Source: a virus
Direction: 5' to 3' (one strand)
DNA length: 36,193 bases
UHGV virus genome: UHGV-0199352
The position numbers and the translations under genes were made by a program. The notes under the pieces were generated by a model that was not told where the DNA came from, ran no database searches, and worked only from the letters and a program-made list of their open reading frames with translations. How positions within the stretch are numbered: the stretch's first letter is position 1; each line of letters opens with the position of its first letter. Positions 1 through 8,900 of the stretch are shown here, piece after piece.

Positions 1-1185
1 ATGGCAAAGAAAAAGAAGCAGAAGAGTATCAGATCAGAACCACAGAATAAAGTATTTGTGTATCAGGGAGCTACGTTCTCTGATTTTTTATTGCCTTCCG
101 GGTACACAACGCTGGCGCAGAACCCGGAAATTCGGGCGGCGTGTCAGAAAATTGCGGATCTGGTTTCCGGTATGACAATTCACCTGATGGAGAATGGCCC
201 GCATGGAGACATCCGGATTAAGAATGAGCTATCACGGAAGATTGACATTAATCCGTATTCGCTGATGACGAGAAAAGCGTGGGTTTACAACATTGTTTAC
301 TCAATGCTCTTGCCGGGTGACGGGAACGCAGTTGTCCTTCCTGTAATGAGAGATGGATATATCGATGAGCTAATCCCTCTGAAGCCGTCCATGACGAGTT
401 TTGAAGAAACGCCGACAGGATACAAGATAATCTACGGAAGTGAAGAATACGATCCGAGCGAAGCACTACACTTTGCGATCAATCCGAATCCGGAGTATCC
501 GTGGAAGGGAACGGGATACAGGCTTGCTTTAAAGGATATCGCATCGAATTTAAAACAGGCGAATGCAACCAAAAAATCTTTTATGAGCGGACAGTATATG
601 CCGAACATCATTGTAAAGGTAGACGCAGCCACGGAAGAACTTGCAAACGAAGCAGGAAGAAAACAGATAAGAGAGAAATATTTGAAAGAATCGAAACCGG
701 GTGAGCCTTGGGTAATACCAGCAGAACTCTTGGAAGTATCCGAGGTAAAGCCGTTATCCTTAAAAGATATCGCAATTAACGAATCAGTTGAGATTGACAA
801 GAGGACGGTCGCATCCCTGTTGGATGTGCCGCCTTTTTTCCTTGGAGTTGGAAGCTTTAATAAGGACGAATACAACAACTTTGTCCGGACACGGGTGAAG
901 TCGATTGCGGACGTATTCCAACAGACACTTACAAAAGGTTTGATTCAGAGCCCACATTGGTACTTTAAATGCAATTCAAAGAGCTTGATGGCTTACGACA
1001 CCAAAGAACTTGCGGAGATCGGAATGAACCTATATATCCGAGGAATCTACACAGGAAATGATGTGCTAAACCTGATCGGTGACTCTCCGAAAGACGAATT
1101 GAACGATCTAATTATCCTTGAAAACTTTATACCGCAAGGCATGATCGGGGAACAGAAGAAATTAAACGGGGGAGGTGATGAATAG
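1..1185 (+). CDS. Phage portal protein. It starts at the window edge, and an RBS for this ATG sits at the very end of the window.
   Basis: 394-aa ORF placed first, ahead of protease and capsid genes. Size and position fit an HK97-like portal. Stop TAG overlaps the GTG of the next gene. Confidence 0.8.
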   Translation: MAKKKKQKSIRSEPQNKVFVYQGATFSDFLLPSGYTTLAQNPEIRAACQKIADLVSGMTIHLMENGPHGDIRIKNELSRKIDINPYSLMTRKAWVYNIVYSMLLPGDGNAVVLPVMRDGYIDELIPLKPSMTSFEETPTGYKIIYGSEEYDPSEALHFAINPNPEYPWKGTGYRLALKDIASNLKQANATKKSFMSGQYMPNIIVKVDAATEELANEAGRKQIREKYLKESKPGEPWVIPAELLEVSEVKPLSLKDIAINESVEIDKRTVASLLDVPPFFLGVGSFNKDEYNNFVRTRVKSIADVFQQTLTKGLIQSPHWYFKCNSKSLMAYDTKELAEIGMNLYIRGIYTGNDVLNLIGDSPKDELNDLIILENFIPQGMIGEQKKLNGGGDE

Positions 1186-1766
1186 TGGAGCGAAAAAAAG
1201 AAAACTTAACCAGATCGTGGAAAGCGGAGTTTGAAACACGAGAAGCGGAAGACGGAAAGAAAACAATTTCCGGTTATTTTGCTGTGTTTAATTCCGAAAC
1301 AGAGTTGTGGCCGGGAGCTTATGAAGGGATTGCACCAGAAGCATTTGCGAACACCATGAGCAACGACATCCGTGCTCTGACAAACCATGATGACACACTT
1401 GTACTTGGACGAACAAAAGTCGGAACTTTACATCTGAGAACCGATACAAGAGGTCTATGGGGCGAGATCGATATTAACGAAAACGACACAGACGCCATGA
1501 ACCTATATGAGAGGGTAAAACGTGGAGATGTGGATCAGTGCTCGTTCGGTTTTAACATCGTGCGTGAGGAAACGGACTGGAGAGATGATGGCACTGTGAA
1601 ATGGACAATACGAGAAGTTGATCTGTACGAAGTGTCTGTATGCACATTCCCGGCTTATGAAGATACGGGCGTACAGGCGAGACATGCACAGGTGCAGCAG
1701 CACAGAGAGAAACAAGTAGAGCAGTGGAGAAACAATGCTATTAAAAGGCTGAAAGGAGAAAAGTAA
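1185..1766 (+). CDS. Prohead maturation protease, HK97 family.
   Basis: 193 aa. Motifs ISGYFAVFN and EVSVCTFPAY resemble HK97 prohead protease (S78). Translationally coupled by TAGTG at the 5' end and TAATG at the 3' end. Confidence 0.8.
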   Translation: MERKKENLTRSWKAEFETREAEDGKKTISGYFAVFNSETELWPGAYEGIAPEAFANTMSNDIRALTNHDDTLVLGRTKVGTLHLRTDTRGLWGEIDINENDTDAMNLYERVKRGDVDQCSFGFNIVREETDWRDDGTVKWTIREVDLYEVSVCTFPAYEDTGVQARHAQVQQHREKQVEQWRNNAIKRLKGEK

Positions 1767-2944
1767 TGGCTTTAAGACAGTTGATGCTTGCGAAACAGAT
1801 CGCAGACAAAGAAAAGGAACTGGAAGAAATGCGTGGAAAAGACGCAGATTTTGAAACAAGAGAAAAGGAACTGGAAACATCGATCAGTGAAGCGAACACC
1901 GAAGAGGAAAGAGGTGTTGTTGATGGAGAGATCGAGAAGTTCGAGCAGGAGAGAGATGCTCACAACGAAAGAAAAAGTGAATTAGAGACGAAATTATCTG
2001 AACTTCGCGAGCAGATGAAGGAGTATGAAAAAACACCGGAAAGAAGGGAGAAGAAAAAAGACATGGGTAGAAGAAATAAAGAAGAAATTGAAGAAATGAG
2101 AAGTGCGATTAACTCATTTGTAAAATCAAAAGGGCAGGTGAGAGAAGGGGGCTTTAAAGAAGTAGATGCAGGAATCCTGATCCCGGTAGAAATGCTGGCT
2201 GTTCAGAAAAAGCCGGAAGATGTAGTGGATCTGGGAAATTACGTGAAGAATGTAAGCGTAAACAGTTCATCTGGAAAATATCCAGTAATTGCGAAATCTG
2301 GAAGTAAAATGTCTACTGTTAAAGAACTGGAACAGAACCCAGAGCTTTCCAAACCAAAAATCTCAAATATCGACTATAGCATCGCAACAAGAAGAGGATA
2401 TATTCCGATTTCTCAGGAGGCTATTGATGACGCTGACTATGATGTAACAGGTCTGATCCGGGATGAAATCAATGACCAGTCCAGAAATACAAGAAATACA
2501 GATATCGCAACTGTATTAAAGAGTGCAACAGAGAAAAGTGTTACAGGTCTTGACGGACTGAAAGATTTGGTAAACAAAGAAATCAAAAAAGTATATCCTG
2601 TAAAATTCATCATTTCCTCTTCTCTTTACGCAGAGCTGGACAAGCTGAAAGACAAAAACGGAAGATATCTACTGCAAGATTCCATCACTTCCGCAAGTGG
2701 GAAAATGCTGTTTGGCAAAGAGGTAGTTGTTCTGGACGATGATATGATCGCAGGAGCTGGAGAACTGAAAGGCTTTGTTGGTGACGCAAAATCATTCTGT
2801 ACATTTTTTGACCGCAAGCAGGCAAGCGTTGAATGGGTAGATAACCAGATTTACGGCAAACTGCTTGCCGGAGTTGTAAGATACGATGTGAAGAAAACGG
2901 ATACAGACGCCGGATTCTATATTACATACACACAGGGGGAATAG
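1766..2944 (+). CDS. Major capsid protein (HK97 fold) with an N-terminal coiled-coil delta/scaffold-like domain.
   Basis: 392 aa. The first ~110 aa are E/K-rich coiled coil and the C-terminal part resembles HK97-family MCPs. It follows the protease. Confidence 0.85.
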   Translation: MALRQLMLAKQIADKEKELEEMRGKDADFETREKELETSISEANTEEERGVVDGEIEKFEQERDAHNERKSELETKLSELREQMKEYEKTPERREKKKDMGRRNKEEIEEMRSAINSFVKSKGQVREGGFKEVDAGILIPVEMLAVQKKPEDVVDLGNYVKNVSVNSSSGKYPVIAKSGSKMSTVKELEQNPELSKPKISNIDYSIATRRGYIPISQEAIDDADYDVTGLIRDEINDQSRNTRNTDIATVLKSATEKSVTGLDGLKDLVNKEIKKVYPVKFIISSSLYAELDKLKDKNGRYLLQDSITSASGKMLFGKEVVVLDDDMIAGAGELKGFVGDAKSFCTFFDRKQASVEWVDNQIYGKLLAGVVRYDVKKTDTDAGFYITYTQGE

Positions 2945-3015
2945 TTCCCTCTGACGATGTAGCCTTAGTTGGCAGAGGGAAAGTAGGCAAGGCAAAAGTA
3001 GGTAAAGCAAAATAG
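2935..3015 (+). other. Candidate programmed -1 ribosomal frameshift cassette at the 3' end of the capsid gene. It would give a 25-aa C-terminal extension GGIVPSDDVALVGRGKVGKAKVGKAK.
   Basis: Motif G_GGG_GAA_TAG at 2935-2944. The -1 frame is open from upstream through to TAG 3013-3015 and has no own start codon. A hairpin TTCCCTCTG/CAGAGGGAA (2945-2953 / 2973-2981) sits 3-5 nt after the motif with a 19-nt loop. A paralogous cassette lies after the major tail gene. Confidence 0.5.
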
Positions 3016-3034
3016 TATAATGGAGGTATTCAAA

Positions 3035-3340
3035 ATGGCATACGAACCAACTACATGGAATAATGATGACGTTATTACAGCGGAGAAACTGAATAAGTTA
3101 GAGCAGGGCGTGAAGAATGAGCAGGTTGGACCAGCAGGGCCAGCAGGCCCAAAAGGCGATCCGGGTGCGCAGGGACCTGCGGGACCAAGTTACACTCTTC
3201 CAGCAGCAAGCAAAACAACACTGGGCGGTGTGAAACAGGCTGCGCTTGTAGCAGAAGCGGCAGGAGAGAATGTGACAAAGGCAGAATTCAAAGCACTTCT
3301 TGACGCATTAAAGGCAGCTGGACAGATGGCAAGTAAATAG
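3035..3340 (+). CDS. Small collagen-like (Gly-X-Y repeat) protein. It may be a head decoration or fibre protein.
   Basis: GGAGG RBS at 3023-3027, 8 nt before ATG 3035. Protein contains GPAGPAGPKGDPGAQGPAGP. The upstream ATG at 3020 lacks an RBS. Confidence 0.45.
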   Translation: MAYEPTTWNNDDVITAEKLNKLEQGVKNEQVGPAGPAGPKGDPGAQGPAGPSYTLPAASKTTLGGVKQAALVAEAAGENVTKAEFKALLDALKAAGQMASK

Positions 3341-3351
3341 AGGGAAACGCT

Positions 3352-3633
3352 ATGAGAGCGATTGTGTTTCAATTGTTAAAAGACAGGGTTGGGATCTCTA
3401 CAAATAGTAGGGATCCTGTTCTTTATGCGATTATAGATGGAATCCTTGATGAATGTGAAAACGTATATGGTATTCACATAACGGAAGAGAGGCATGACCA
3501 CATCTTACTTATATTGGATTGGGCTACGTGGAAGTACAGCCATCCAGAAGACGGCGTGATTCCGAGAAGTATCCGGTTTAGGATAAATAATCTGATGATT
3601 AAGGCGGTGCAAAATGAATCGAACATGGGATGA
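3352..3633 (+). CDS. Head-tail connector protein (gp6-like).
   Basis: 93 aa, positioned after the capsid genes. Sequence MRAIVFQLLKDRVGI... is typical of gp6-like connector proteins (recalled, not searched). Confidence 0.55.
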   Translation: MRAIVFQLLKDRVGISTNSRDPVLYAIIDGILDECENVYGIHITEERHDHILLILDWATWKYSHPEDGVIPRSIRFRINNLMIKAVQNESNMG

Positions 3634-3925
3634 GAAAGTGATATTGATATCTTCCAGCGGGTATGAAGAGGACGAGATCGGTCAGCAAGCGCCGATTGAA
3701 GTGGAGCAGGAGATTTGGTGTTGCAAAGAGAAAGTATCCCGAAATGAATTCTATCTTGCCGGACAGAACAATATGGAAGTTTCGGAGATTTTAATCGTGC
3801 ATCCTTATGAATATGAAGGGCAGAGGTATATCCGATTTCGCGGAAAGAAGTTGAAAGTGATTAAGACATATCCAATCAGCACGGAAGAGTTGGAACTGAC
3901 CTGTACGGAGAGGATTGAAAAATGA
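3614..3925 (+). CDS. Head closure / head-tail adaptor protein.
   Basis: 103 aa, overlapping ORF in the conserved order connector-adaptor-gp10-major tail. Confidence 0.5.
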   Translation: MNRTWDEKVILISSSGYEEDEIGQQAPIEVEQEIWCCKEKVSRNEFYLAGQNNMEVSEILIVHPYEYEGQRYIRFRGKKLKVIKTYPISTEELELTCTERIEK

Positions 3926-4302
3926 GTGAGAGTATAAGTGCTGACAGGCTGGCAAGAGAAATCATGCGGCAGATGGAAGAATACACAGAAGAAGTTAAGG
4001 AAACAACACAGGAAGTCGCAATGAACGTGTCTGGAAAAGCCGCAAAAAAACTAAGAGAAAATAGCCCAAAGAGCAAAAACGGAGGCGATTACGCAAAAAA
4101 CTGGACTAGGACGACCGATAAATACGGAATAACAGTATACAACAAATCCCCAACATACCGCCTGACCCATCTGTTGGAAAAAGGACACCAGCTGAGGCGT
4201 GGTGGAAGAAAAATAGGTGAAGTACAGGCATACCCACACATTGAAGAAGTGGAACAGGAGTACATAAAGGAATATGTTGAAGAGCTGGAAAGGAGACTGT
4301 GA
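3922..4302 (+). CDS. HK97 gp10-family tail component (tail terminator-like).
   Basis: 126 aa. ATGA overlap with the upstream gene. Position and the motif YAKNWTRTTDKYG are reminiscent of the HK97 gp10 family. Confidence 0.55.
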   Translation: MSESISADRLAREIMRQMEEYTEEVKETTQEVAMNVSGKAAKKLRENSPKSKNGGDYAKNWTRTTDKYGITVYNKSPTYRLTHLLEKGHQLRRGGRKIGEVQAYPHIEEVEQEYIKEYVEELERRL

Positions 4303-4304
4303 AA

Positions 4305-4622
4305 ATGACATTGCCAGAATTAAAAGACAAGTTAAAAACGCTAGATCTTCCGATTGCGTATCGTTGTTTTGTAGTCGGTCAAGTACCAGAACTTCCGTAC
4401 ATTGTATACTATGTGGACGAAGATATCGGATTTTATGCGGATGACACCGTGTATTACGAGGGATGCGCCGTCACGATTGAGGTGTACACGGATCAGAAAG
4501 ACTTGCAGTTAGAGAAAAAAGTAAAGCAACTATTAAACGATAATCAACTCCCGTATGAATCATACGAGAGTTTTTTAGATTCCGAAAATATGTATTTGAA
4601 AGCATACGAAATTGATATATAG
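4305..4622 (+). CDS. Hypothetical structural protein, in the tail-completion (gp11-like) position.
   Basis: ATG 4305 sits 8 nt after GGAGA. The GTG at 4299 has too short a spacer. It lies between the gp10-like gene and the major tail gene. Confidence 0.4.
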   Translation: MTLPELKDKLKTLDLPIAYRCFVVGQVPELPYIVYYVDEDIGFYADDTVYYEGCAVTIEVYTDQKDLQLEKKVKQLLNDNQLPYESYESFLDSENMYLKAYEIDI

Positions 4623-4632
4623 GAGGTAACAT

Positions 4633-5223
4633 ATGACAGGAGCAACAAAAGCTGTACAGGCAAAAGAAAACAAAGTGGAATTTGGCTTAAGAAACTGTTA
4701 TTACGCTGTTGTTACAGTGGATGAGAGTGGAAAAATCACGTACGGTGCACCGAAGAAATTGCCGGGTGCGGTAAGCATCACATTCGACAAGAGTGGTGAT
4801 CTGATCCGATTTAAAGCTGATGACATTGATTATTACACAAACGCAAACAATCAGGGATACGAAGGTACTCTGACGCTTGCGAGAGTTCCGGAAGAATTCC
4901 GGACAGAAGTGTTAAAAGAGGAGAAAACAGAAAAAGGAGTGATTCTCGAAAACTCTGACGCACAGGTAGCGAATATCGCACTGATGTTTGAATTTCAGGG
5001 AGATGCCAAGGCAACTAGACACCTCTTTTATTACTGCTCTGTAAACAGACCATCTATCGGAAGTACAACAAAAGACAGTGGAGAACCGAACACAACAGAA
5101 CTTTCGCTTGTGGCAAGTCCGAGACCGACAGACAACTTAGTTAAAGCATCCACAGCAGCAGGAGTTGATGAAGCAACATATAACTCTTGGTATACAACAG
5201 TATATGAAAAATCGGGGGAATAG
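4633..5223 (+). CDS. Major tail (tube) protein.
   Basis: AGGAGGT RBS. 196 aa. It sits before the chaperone/tape-measure pair, and its N-terminus is typical of TP901-1/phi13-type major tail proteins. Confidence 0.75.
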   Translation: MTGATKAVQAKENKVEFGLRNCYYAVVTVDESGKITYGAPKKLPGAVSITFDKSGDLIRFKADDIDYYTNANNQGYEGTLTLARVPEEFRTEVLKEEKTEKGVILENSDAQVANIALMFEFQGDAKATRHLFYYCSVNRPSIGSTTKDSGEPNTTELSLVASPRPTDNLVKASTAAGVDEATYNSWYTTVYEKSGE

Positions 5224-5294
5224 CACCCCCTGAAGACCTCGCCTTGGTAGGCAGGGGGAAGATTGGAAAGGCAAAAGTAGGTAAAGCGAAATAA
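5214..5294 (+). other. Second candidate -1 frameshift cassette, at the 3' end of the major tail gene. The extension would be GGIAPPEDLALVGRGKIGKAKVGKAK.
   Basis: The same G_GGG_GAA_TAG motif (5214-5223). The -1 frame is open to TAA 5292-5294. Hairpin CCCCCTG/CAGGGGG (5226-5232 / 5252-5258) has the same 19-nt loop and a compensatory T>C / A>G change relative to the capsid copy. Confidence 0.5.
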
Positions 5295-5336
5295 AGGGCG
5301 GAGCGATCTGCCCAAATAGAAAAAGTGGAGGATGTT

Positions 5337-5699
5337 ATGGAAAAAACAATTTACATTGACGAAAAACAAGTGAAATTAAAATCAACGGCAGCATTGCCGA
5401 AACGATATAAAGCGCAGTTTGGAAGAGATTATTTTGCAGACCTGATGAAAGTAGCGAAAGTGTTTGGAAAAGGAACGAAAAGGAATTTTGGAATACAGGA
5501 TATTTCTTTTGCTTCTCTTGACCACATGGACATGGAAGTATTTTATGACATCATCTGGACAATGGCTAAAACAGCAGACAGGACGATTCCTGATCCATTG
5601 GAGTGGCTGGATGGATTCGAAGTATTCCCGCTCAATGAAATCATGGGAGAAGTAAAGGATCTGCTTACAGACACCATGCCAACAAGTAAAAAAAAATAA
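5337..5699 (+). CDS. Tail assembly chaperone (gpG-like).
   Basis: GGAGG sits 5 nt before ATG 5337. ~120 aa between the major tail and tape-measure genes. It ends in AAA AAA AAA TAA. Confidence 0.65.
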   Translation: MEKTIYIDEKQVKLKSTAALPKRYKAQFGRDYFADLMKVAKVFGKGTKRNFGIQDISFASLDHMDMEVFYDIIWTMAKTADRTIPDPLEWLDGFEVFPLNEIMGEVKDLLTDTMPTSKKK

Positions 5700-5905
5700 A
5701 TGATAAAGATTCATCAAGTGGAGAGCCGTTCACAAATGAGTCTTTTTTTTATGTTTGCCGACAGGTTGGATTAACCAGCGAAGACATGGAAGAAATGACG
5801 ATCGGAGACTGTCTGGACTATGTGCAGGAGTATATCGACAATCAGAAAAAGGATGAAAAGCCCACTGCAAGAAAAGCAACACAGGAAGATTTTGATAACT
5901 TTTAA
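5337..5905 (+). CDS. Tail assembly chaperone -1 frameshift fusion product (gpGT-like).
   Basis: Slippery A_AAA_AAA at 5690-5696. The -1 frame (mod 2) opens after TAA 5687-5689 and runs to TAA 5903-5905, adding ~69 aa (...NDKDSSSGEPF...QEDFDNF). It ends 12 nt before the tape-measure start. Confidence 0.6.
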
Positions 5906-5917
5906 AGGAGTGAGAAA

Positions 5918-8900
5918 GTGGCAAAGAAGATAAAAGGAATCACAATAAAATTCGGTGCGGATACAATGGCGCTCAGCAAAGCTTTGAAATCCGCGGAAGA
6001 TACATCAAAAAGTCTTGGTGGAGAACTTAAGTCCGTAAATAGATTATTGAAATTTGACCCGAAAAATACGCAACTTCTCACGCAAAAGCAACAGTTGCTG
6101 AATGAGCAGATTGGAAACACGAACAAAAAACTGGATGCATTAAAACAAGCACGGAGTGAAGTTGAACAGAAGTTCAAATCTGGCGATCTCGGATTAGATG
6201 AATATCGAGAATTCCAGAGGACGCTCGCAAAGACTGAACAAGATTTAAAATCTTACACATCACAATTGGAAAAATTAAATGATGTATCCGGAAAAGTGGC
6301 AAGCAAGATTGATGATGCCGGAGAATCTGTTAAGAAAATTGGCGGTAAAGTTAGCGATGCAGGAAAGGCACTTGCTCCGTTAAGTGGAGCTTTTGCCGGT
6401 GCTGGGATCGCTTCTTCCAAGATGAGCATGGACTTTGAAGAAGCAATTGCGAAAGTAAGCACGATTGCGGACGAAACAGAAGTACCGATTTCCGAATTGG
6501 AAAATGGAATAAAGAATCTGTCAAATCAGACTGGTATAAGTGCAACAGAGATTGCAGATAACGTGTACGATGCAATTTCAGCAGGACAGAAAACAGGCGA
6601 TGCTCTTGCGTTTGTAGAAAAGTCTACGAAACTTGCAAAAGCCGGATTTGCAGATGCTGGAAACGCGCTGGATGTTTTGACCACGATCATGAATGCCTAT
6701 GGATTGGAAGCTGGTGAAGTTGGAAAAGTTTCCGATATGCTTATTCAAACGCAGAATGCAGGTAAAACTACAGTTGGGGAGCTTGCGTCAACAATGGGAA
6801 GGATTATCCCAACTGCAAAAGCAAACAATGTAGCACTAGATCAGGTAACAACTGGTTACGTAAAATTGACTTCTAATGGTGTAGCAGCAGCGGAATCCAC
6901 CACATACATGAACGCAATGCTAAATGAGCTTGGAAAGTCCGGTACAAAAGTATCCGATTTGTTAAAAGAAAAAACAGGGCAATCATTTTCAGATTTGATG
7001 CAATCAGGAATGAGCCTTGCAGATGTTTTAGAAATCGTCTCTAATGGGGCGAAAGAACAAGGTCTGGCATTTGGGGATATGTGGGGAAGTTCAGAAGCGG
7101 CAAAGGCTGGACTCGTGCTTCTCGGAGATGGAGCGCAGGAGTTCAATGCAGCGCTTGACGAAATGCAAAATTCAACGGGTGCAACAGAAGAAGCTCTTGG
7201 AAAACTAGAAACGAAGTCTGATACATTCAGAAAAACATTTAATGAGCTAAAAAATGTGATGATTGAACTCGGTGACGCATTGATGGAAGTGCTTGCACCA
7301 GTGATAGATACTGTCGTAGAAAAAGTGAAAGAGTTTTCAAAGTGGTTTTCTGGGCTGAGTGATGAATCAAAGAAAATTATAGCAATAGGGACAATAATTG
7401 TGGCTACATTATCGCCTATATTAATAATAATAGGGAAGCTAATAATAGGAATTGGCACAATTATTAAAGTAGTAGGATCTATTGTTGGTTTGATCAATCC
7501 TGTCACGCTAACAATAGCGGCGGTTATCGCTGCAATAACTGGAATCATCCTTGTGATAAAAAACTGGGGAGATATCACAGACTGGCTGTCCAAAAAATGG
7601 AATGCATTTAAAGATTGGATGTCTGGATTATGGGACTCTATATCGGAAAAAATCCAGGGAGTGTGGAACGGCATTAAGGATTTCTTTGCTGATATCTGGG
7701 AGCAGATTTATAACGTAATAGAAGGACCTCTGAAATTTATCGAGGGAACGATCGGTGCGGTTATGTACGCGATTCAAGCTGTTATTTATACAGTATGGGA
7801 AGTAATAAAATTTGCATTAAAAAGCGCATGGAATTGGATAAAAGACACGGCAAGTGCTATTTTTATCCCTGTTGCGAATTTTTTTACTGATACATGGAAT
7901 GGTATAAAAAACACGGCAACTGGAGTATGGAATGACATTAAGAATACACTTGGCGGAATTTGGGATTCAATCAAAGAAAAAGCTATGGATGCATTCTCGT
8001 CTGTATGGAAATTTATCAAAGACGGTTTTAACAGACTAAAGGACACGCTTGGTGGAATTGTAAAAGGAATTGCACAGGCAATCGTAAATCCGATTGGCGG
8101 AGCGGTAAACGGCGTGATTAACGGTGTGAACTGGGTGCTTGATAAAGTAGGATCAGACAAACAATTTGCATTGTGGGAAGTTCCGAAGTTCGCAAGAGGA
8201 ACAGGTGGCATCCAGAAAGACACGCTTGGTATCGTGAATGACCAGAAAGGATCTACATATAAAGAAATGATTATACCTCCGGACGGAAAACCGTTTATTC
8301 CAGAGGGACGTGACGTAGTTCTGCCACTGGAAAAAGGGACGAAAATCATGCCAGCAAACCAGACGAAGAGTTTTCTGGAAGAACTCCCGCATTTTGCGAG
8401 CGGAATCGGTGACTTTTTTGGAGGGATCTGGGATACAGTTAAAGACTTTACCGGAAGCGTGTGGGACTATATTACTCACCCGAGTAAAATTGTGCAGATT
8501 GCAATCGATAAATTTACGGATTTGTCTGGAGCATTCGAACCTTGGATTTCCGTGGCGAAAGGAGCAGTGAATACGGTGTTAGACAGCGTGGTCGGATTTG
8601 TAAAAGGAATTTTTGATACGCAATCGAACGTTAATTACAATCCGAGTGCTGGTGTGGAGCAGTGGAGAACGCTTGCAACAAGAGCACTGCAGATGACAGG
8701 GCAGTATTCAGAAGCAAATTTACAGAGATTGTTGTACCAGATGCAGACAGAATCCGGTGGAAACCCGAATGCAATCAACAACTGGGATATCAACGCAGTT
8801 AATGGTACTCCATCTAAAGGTTTGATGCAGGTTATTGATCCGACTTTTAGAGCTTATGCAATGCCGGGATACGATAAAAATATCTACGATCCATTATCTA

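Noticed and set aside
6856-7674. 272-aa ORF on the - strand inside the tape-measure gene.
   Set aside because: Antisense to a confidently called 1141-aa gene. Low-complexity S/I/P-rich product typical of shadow ORFs in repeat-rich coding sequence. No RBS.
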